From Syncephalis fuscata S228 (taxonomy: Eukaryota > Fungi > Zoopagomycota): a stretch of DNA of 64,000 bases. This document shows, piece by piece, positions 58,321-64,000 of this stretch. The position numbers and the translations under genes are program-made. Location of the stretch: contig JAHLTZ010000026.1 in NCBI GenBank assembly GCA_025786725.1, forward strand, positions 310,001-374,000, written 5' to 3'. Position 1 is the stretch's first letter. Every line of letters starts with the position of its first letter. The notes below the pieces were generated by a model that made no database searches, was not told the origin of the DNA, and saw only the letters and a program-made list of their open reading frames with translations.

Positions 58321-59337
58321 TTCTGTGTTCATAAACATATACAATCATGCAGTATAATTAGCATATGAAATATAGATATATGATGTCACTTACAAGCTAT
58401 TAATATTAGATTTTAATATAAGTATTAAATATTATGTAATGGGCGTATTATTAACTAATATCTAATGTTACTTACGAGCTATCATTATGCTTAAATTGGT
58501 AATGCACGCAGTATAAATGATGGAATCAGCACATAACCAATTATATACGATATTACTTATGAGCTATTAGTGTTAAATTTTCAAAAACATATATGTATAA
58601 AGCCTGTTTAGTGAATAGTTAATTGATACAATTATTACTTATGACCTATAAAGTACATAGAAGTAATTAATATGTAAATACTCTATATGCATTGTTACCT
58701 ACGTCCTATTGATACAATTTATTAAACACACACACAATGTATAATATGTAATTGGCATGTAGTTAATTGATATACGATAAAACTTACGAGCTATTCGTGT
58801 TGGTTATTAAAGATACAGTATATAATATCTAATTAATACATCTTTAATCAAAACACAAAATTACTTACGGGCCATGAACGCTATTTTAGTTATACAAATA
58901 GTATTTAATTAGCTAAATAACTAATATTTTAGTTTTATTTTACCTCCTATTAATGGAAATTCAACATATTAGCACCATCAATACAATATTTTATTTATAT
59001 TTAATGTTAAGCCTACCTTCATTTAATGGATTTGATTTATTTATTATACATTAACAAATAGCCATTAATCAACACATCAAAAACATATATTTTTATTACT
59101 TACCAACTAATATAATGCATTTAAAGCGCACAGTAAATGTTGGGATAACTATTTATAATTGCGACTTACTGGCTAATATTATGATTAGTTAGTTATAATC
59201 TAGTACGTATGCCAATATGCACATTTGTTATGATTATAACATACCATGACGGGCTAGAACTGGATTAGCATCCACCATGGCTGTACTGACTACAAGGGCT
59301 ACGAGAATGTGCAGGTAACGGCAATAGAAAGCCTCAT
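58321..59337 (-). CDS. secreted peptide built from eleven microexons, locus C: MRLSIAVTCxILVALVVSTAMVDA-NPVLARHAIEGAFMAPRRPPP* (1-nt deletion in exon 1 as assembled)
   Basis: Exon 1 59337-59245. Microexons: CCA 59172-70, TTG 59106-04, AAG 59019-17 (acceptor damaged), GAG 58946-44, CGTTCATGGCCC 58880-69, CTC 58790-88, GAC 58705-03, GTC 58645-43, CTC 58563-61, CTC 58478-76, CTT 58396-94. Last exon from 58322. Introns are 57-84 nt. Confidence 0.8.
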
Positions 59338-59958
59338 GGTGTCTTGATTTGTTAAATCAAACAAGTAAAATGGCCGATATATTGTAGTAATGATGCTACT
59401 AGTTATTTGTGTATATTTTGTGGTCTATTTAAATCTATAATTGTGCTGAGATGTCGGCAGAATGTTTTATGTCTAATATGCCATTGAAATATAACGTGAA
59501 CCAATAAAACACGTATAAATAGTAACATAAAGCTTGTGTATTAATATATTTTTGCTTTGCTTTATGTAGTCTAGTTCTTTGTTTTCTAAAATATTCAATA
59601 ACAAGTGTTTTCATGTACTTAAACAAAGTAGGTTGTACTGAAAAACCTAATGCATTGTGTTTTTTGTGAATGCATATCATATGCGTAAACTATTTGTAGT
59701 TTATCAAGCCATAGGGTTATTCTAGACAGAAATCGTTATCATAAAATAAGTATAAAGCAAAATGCAGTGCACACAGGTATTATGTGTTTATATCATTTAT
59801 TGGAAAGTAATCGTAGTATGCTATCATGGCTATTCAAACAAAAGCAAGAATATAATTATATAAAATTGAAGTCTTCTATAATATTAAATATAAAGCAATA
59901 TAACTGTTGATATTTATAGCATAGCAATGATCAGCTAATTGCCATTGCTACAATAGTA

Positions 59959-61716
59959 TTAACGATAGCAATGGTTACCATTTAGCCGGTTAAATAATTC
60001 GTTGATTTTGTGACTGTTTACATTTGTCTTCACTTGCCCAATATTCCCGTACTTTATCCTTCTCTTTTTTCCGCTGATTCATATTTACTTGCTTAGAACT
60101 ATAATTCTTTTATAATCGTTAATTATTGTTGATTAAAATTATTCTATTCTTACTTGTAAACTAAATATGTCCGACTGATTATTGGTTTGATTCGGTACAT
60201 GCGGAACAAATATTCTTGGCGTTGACGCTAGCTTATCTAGCACTGACGTTGATGAAAGCTGTCCTTTCTTTTTAGATGACAATTTAGTAAAAAACTCTTC
60301 ATTTGTTTTTTGACATAATTCTTTTGTTAAAGCTTTGTTTTGTTTTGACGAAAGTGCCTGTTTGCTTTTTTTCTTAAATAACAATTCAGTAAAAAACTCT
60401 TCATTTGTTTTTTGACATAATTTTTTGTTAGAGCTTTGTTTTGTTCTGGCGAGACCGCCTGTTTGCCTTTTCGTTCAACTTTGGTGTTTACGTTATCATC
60501 ATCTAATATAACTGTAATAGATGTAGTTTTTCCCTTTGACTTATTTAAATATGAGTCCAGTTTTGATCTATGTTTGTATTTTCTTTGATAGATGCATTTG
60601 GCATTTCCAAGCAAGCTGTATCATTAGTGGATGTATTGGCACTATTATCAGTATCAGTAATACAAGTGTTTGTAGTGGTAGCATTATTAGTTGTCGTAGA
60701 AGTAACAATACTAGAGTGAGTATTGCCATTTTCATTGCTGATGATTTTAGCCATAGCAACATCAGTGACAAGATCTGAAGTTGTACAAGTCGGTGTATTT
60801 TCACAATCGTTGGAGATAATTGTGTCTACTTGACAACTGGCGCTAAAGATTCTGTAGTTATTTCTGTATTTAAATCCACAATCTTACTCCAATCAACCTT
60901 TTGCATCTTATTGGATAATGTTTCTACTGAATCGAGCACGTCATCTGAATGGCTTTTCATCTATTTAGCTGTCAGATACCATTATTACTATCGTTGTTAC
61001 AGCTCGCTATTTACCTCGTCCGCAACTGCTTTGCACATATCTATCATAAAAAATAAATGACCTGGAACTAATTAAGTAGCATTGCTTACCTGGATGATTG
61101 CCATTAGCTTTTTTTCTAGCAGGTTGGCTCTTTTATGCTCCCATGTTATAGTAGCTATAAAAGTTTTTAGTATAGCTTCATGGAAAAATAGACGTTGTTC
61201 CTCTGGCCCATTAAGCAACGAGTATGCATTGCGACAATCAAACTTCCAATCCAGAGTTTTGCCTCCAAACTTTCTAGAGACTTTTAAACTGATCTAAATG
61301 TATAATTGGATCAATATCTTGTCGATGAATTATATACAGCACTAAACACTTGCTTTATCATCTAATTCTTTATTAGTAAATACCACGCCTTTCTCCATAT
61401 TGAACATTTCAGCTAAAAAACACACTAGAATTTGTCGTTGATGAGTGTCACATGGCACCAAGTCATATTTGACATTCTAAATAACATTAATAAACCATTC
61501 ACAACATGGATACTTTACAAATACCTTGGCACGATTTGTTAAATCTTCTTTTTCGAGAATATCGACCCAACAATCATATAAATTAGTTAACATAAAGAGA
61601 TAGCCATCAGGTAGTATAATAAACTTATAAAACAACCGTTGCTTTATACTAGGTTTTTGGGCTGGTAATGATGTCCATTCAACATCGTTCAATCTAGACA
61701 ATAAATCTTTACGCAT
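59959..61716 (-). CDS. XLF/Nej1 (NHEJ1)-like protein with low-complexity C-terminus (frameshifts as assembled)
   Basis: W..L…LFYKF…YLFMLTNLYDCW.D.L….L..RAK and ISLKVSRKFGG..LDWKFDC match the XLF head-domain pattern. Confidence 0.6.
60279..60466. repeat. 102-bp coding tandem duplication in the XLF-like C-terminus
   Basis: acaatt(t/c)agtaaaaaactcttcatttgttttttgacataatt…agctttgttttgtt…gcctgtttgc at 60279 and 60381. Confidence 0.85.
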
Positions 61717-61835
61717 TTTAAATTCTTTTGCTTAATAACAATAAAATAGAAAAATGGCCGTTTATATCTGTTTTATTCTTTTGTTTTTATTGTTAAACAA
61801 AATAGGCAACGCGTTTATTTACGATTCCAAACACC

Positions 61836-63461
61836 ATGCACGCTTATTATAGACCAATTCTACCGGTGTTAACACGACGATTCTACACGTCTGGCCAGCC
61901 TCTAATGTCTGGCGTGTCTACAATACGCCAAATATTAATAAAGCAACATGCAGGCCAGCCTACTTGTATACACGGCTGGATTCGCTCAGTGCGAAAGCAA
62001 AAGAATATGGCGTTTGTCGATGTCAATGACGGCAGTTGCATGCGTGGTATTCAAGTCATCGTCGATCAGCCTATTGACGGGTAAGTTATTCGGATATCTG
62101 CTATTGACGTCCAGCTCTGACATATTCAGTAAAGACTGGCAGCTGGTTGCGCGGTGCAGATCGACGGACATTTAGTTGATAGTCCAGGTCATGAACAGTC
62201 GCTTGAACTGCATGCTCGAAATATTAAAGTAGTTGGAGAATGTGATGCAGAGGTATGTAAACACATAGGTATTCAGTTGGTTTACTGATTTGTAGAATAG
62301 AAATATCCATTACAAAAGAAAAGACATACATTAGAGTTTTTACGAGAATGGCCTCATTTAAGATCACGTACACATACAATGGGAGCAGTATTACGTATAA
62401 GAAACCAGGCAATTCATAGATTGCATCAATTCTTTCAGGTCATTAAATTAATGTTATATAGTGTTTAAACTAATAGATGGTTTAGAATAATGATTTCTTA
62501 CAAATCAATACACCAATCTTGACAGCACATGACTGTGAAGGTGGTGGCGAAGTATTTCGTGTAAGCACAAATACACCAGCTGTCCATGGTAGCAATAAGG
62601 TAGAGGATGGCTTAGATAGTAGTAATAACGAGTTTTTGGTCGACCGGTCTATCTTACGGTATCGGGCCAGCTTCATTTGGAGGCTATAGCTATGGCTGCA
62701 TCTCGAGTATACACACTGAGTCCTACATTTCGTGCGGAGCCTTCACAAACATCCCGACATTTGGCGGAATTCTGGATGTTAGAGGCCGAAATGTCATTTA
62801 TTACTGAGCTTGATCAATTAATGGATCTGTGTGAATCATGTATTGTCAATACAACACGACAGCTACGCACTACACTACCAGATGAGATAAATCTATTTAA
62901 GCGATGGGTTGATCCAGAGCTAGAAAAGCGGCTTGCTTTGCTGGCTGCAGATCAGCAACAGTCCTATGCTCGTATGACATATACCGAGGCTATTGAGGTG
63001 TTGCAGAAAGCGCCAGTCAGTTTTAAATTTGCGCCTACATGGGGTGCGCCACTTCAAAGTGAACATGAGCAATATTTAGCTGATCGTCACTGTCAGCGTC
63101 CGGTATTTGTCACACACTATCCTGCTTCGATAAAACCATTCTACATGTTGGTTGATCCTGCATCGGCCTCTGAATCAGATAAATCAACAGTGGCATGTAT
63201 GGATTTATTAGTGCCAGGTGTAGGCGAGTTGGTGGGAGGAAGTCTTCGAGAGAGCAATGAAGCGACATTGAGAACACGTATGGAAAAGGCGGGCGTGGAT
63301 CCACAAGCTCATGCTTGGTATCTTGATCTTCGAAGATTTGGTGGTGTACCTCATGGTGGCTTTGGTCTTGGACTAGAACGTTATTTGCGGGCCGTGACGG
63401 GTATAGCAAGTATCAAGGATCTAATACCATGCCACGATCCATTGGCCAATGTCCCTGCTAG
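61836..63461 (+). CDS. SLM5: mitochondrial asparaginyl-tRNA synthetase
   Basis: Presequence-like N-terminus; [19 protein letters not shown]; YPLQKK; [11 protein letters not shown]; [22 protein letters not shown]; [19 protein letters not shown]; 1-nt deletions at ~62633 and ~63430. Confidence 0.92.
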
Positions 63462-63465
63462 CTGT

Positions 63466-64000
63466 CTAATAGCTATCATTAAGCAAGTGTTTTATGATTC
63501 CGAGTGCGCTGTAGCGATATGTATCACTGCCTAATAAAATATAATGATTAAGATGATGATAGAGTTCATATAGCTTTACTCGGCGATCTCGCTGTTTAGT
63601 AGGTGGAAATGAGCGGTTGTATTCTTCATAAAAATCTAATAATAATAATGTATATATATAAATATAAATAGTACTATACAATTATGTGCAATATTAATAC
63701 CATGCGATAACCCGCCAACATTCTATTATGCCAAACTCGGCCTCATAGTGTCCCTGATTATTTGATTAATAGTTTAATTATTAAAGTTTGTAATTTGCTT
63801 AAAAATAAAGAGCAGGATCATAAATACTGCTTGACCTGTATCGGCTCGTATACCCCAATTACCGGCCCCTAATGAATATTTAGTAATAATAAATATCATG
63901 TTGAAATACTTGCATAAATTCCATGAATTAGACTTGGCTTAATCAATGTATTGTCCCCAATAATCTGCGGTACTATTTCTAATAATTCTTCACCTAATTG
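63466..64000 (-). CDS. fructosamine/ketosamine-3-kinase family protein, 3' part (runs off window)
   Basis: PSLIHG, GNWG, FDPA.Y.|GH.EAEFG, RVKLYELYHHLNHY.L.G..Y. Confidence 0.8.

Noticed and set aside
58381-59200. Regularly spaced short motif reminiscent of a CRISPR or satellite array
   Set aside because: The conserved part is only splice-site consensus around 3 variable bases; eukaryotic context and no cas genes. It is explained as microexon cassettes.

Overview
AT-rich, intron-dense eukaryotic DNA from a fungus. Gene style (40-90 nt introns, CTAAC/CTAAT branch points, secreted kinase-like genes) suggests an early-diverging lineage such as Zoopagomycota/Syncephalis; this is inference. About 20 housekeeping genes are recognisable: an EEP nuclease/phosphatase, OTU deubiquitinase, SEC24, tetraspanin, OXR1/TLDc, YegS-like lipid kinase, LARP7-like RRM protein, STT4, SmD3, dynein LC8, uL23m, UTP15, Fus3/Kss1 MAPK, RPB9, NDUFA1, HAUS5, centrin, XLF, mitochondrial AsnRS and a partial FN3K. 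Accessory genes include two FHA-kinase paralogues (one pseudogenised), a secreted M28 aminopeptidase and a secreted pseudokinase. The main discovery is invisible to the ORF track: a family of three secreted-peptide genes (26.8, 50.9 and 59.3 kb) that share a 94-nt signal-peptide exon ending in a phase-1 intron. In two of them the mature peptide is spelled out by chains of 3-nucleotide microexons, ten 3-nt exons plus one 12-nt exon at 58.3-59.3 kb and three or four at 51.0-51.3 kb. These join into clean short ORFs (…AIEGAFMAPRRPPP* and …DSITSRIWRF*), an architecture suited to combinatorial exon skipping. Single-base deletions in essential genes indicate assembly indel errors, so frameshift-based pseudogene calls are tentative. 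All exon boundaries were read by eye.
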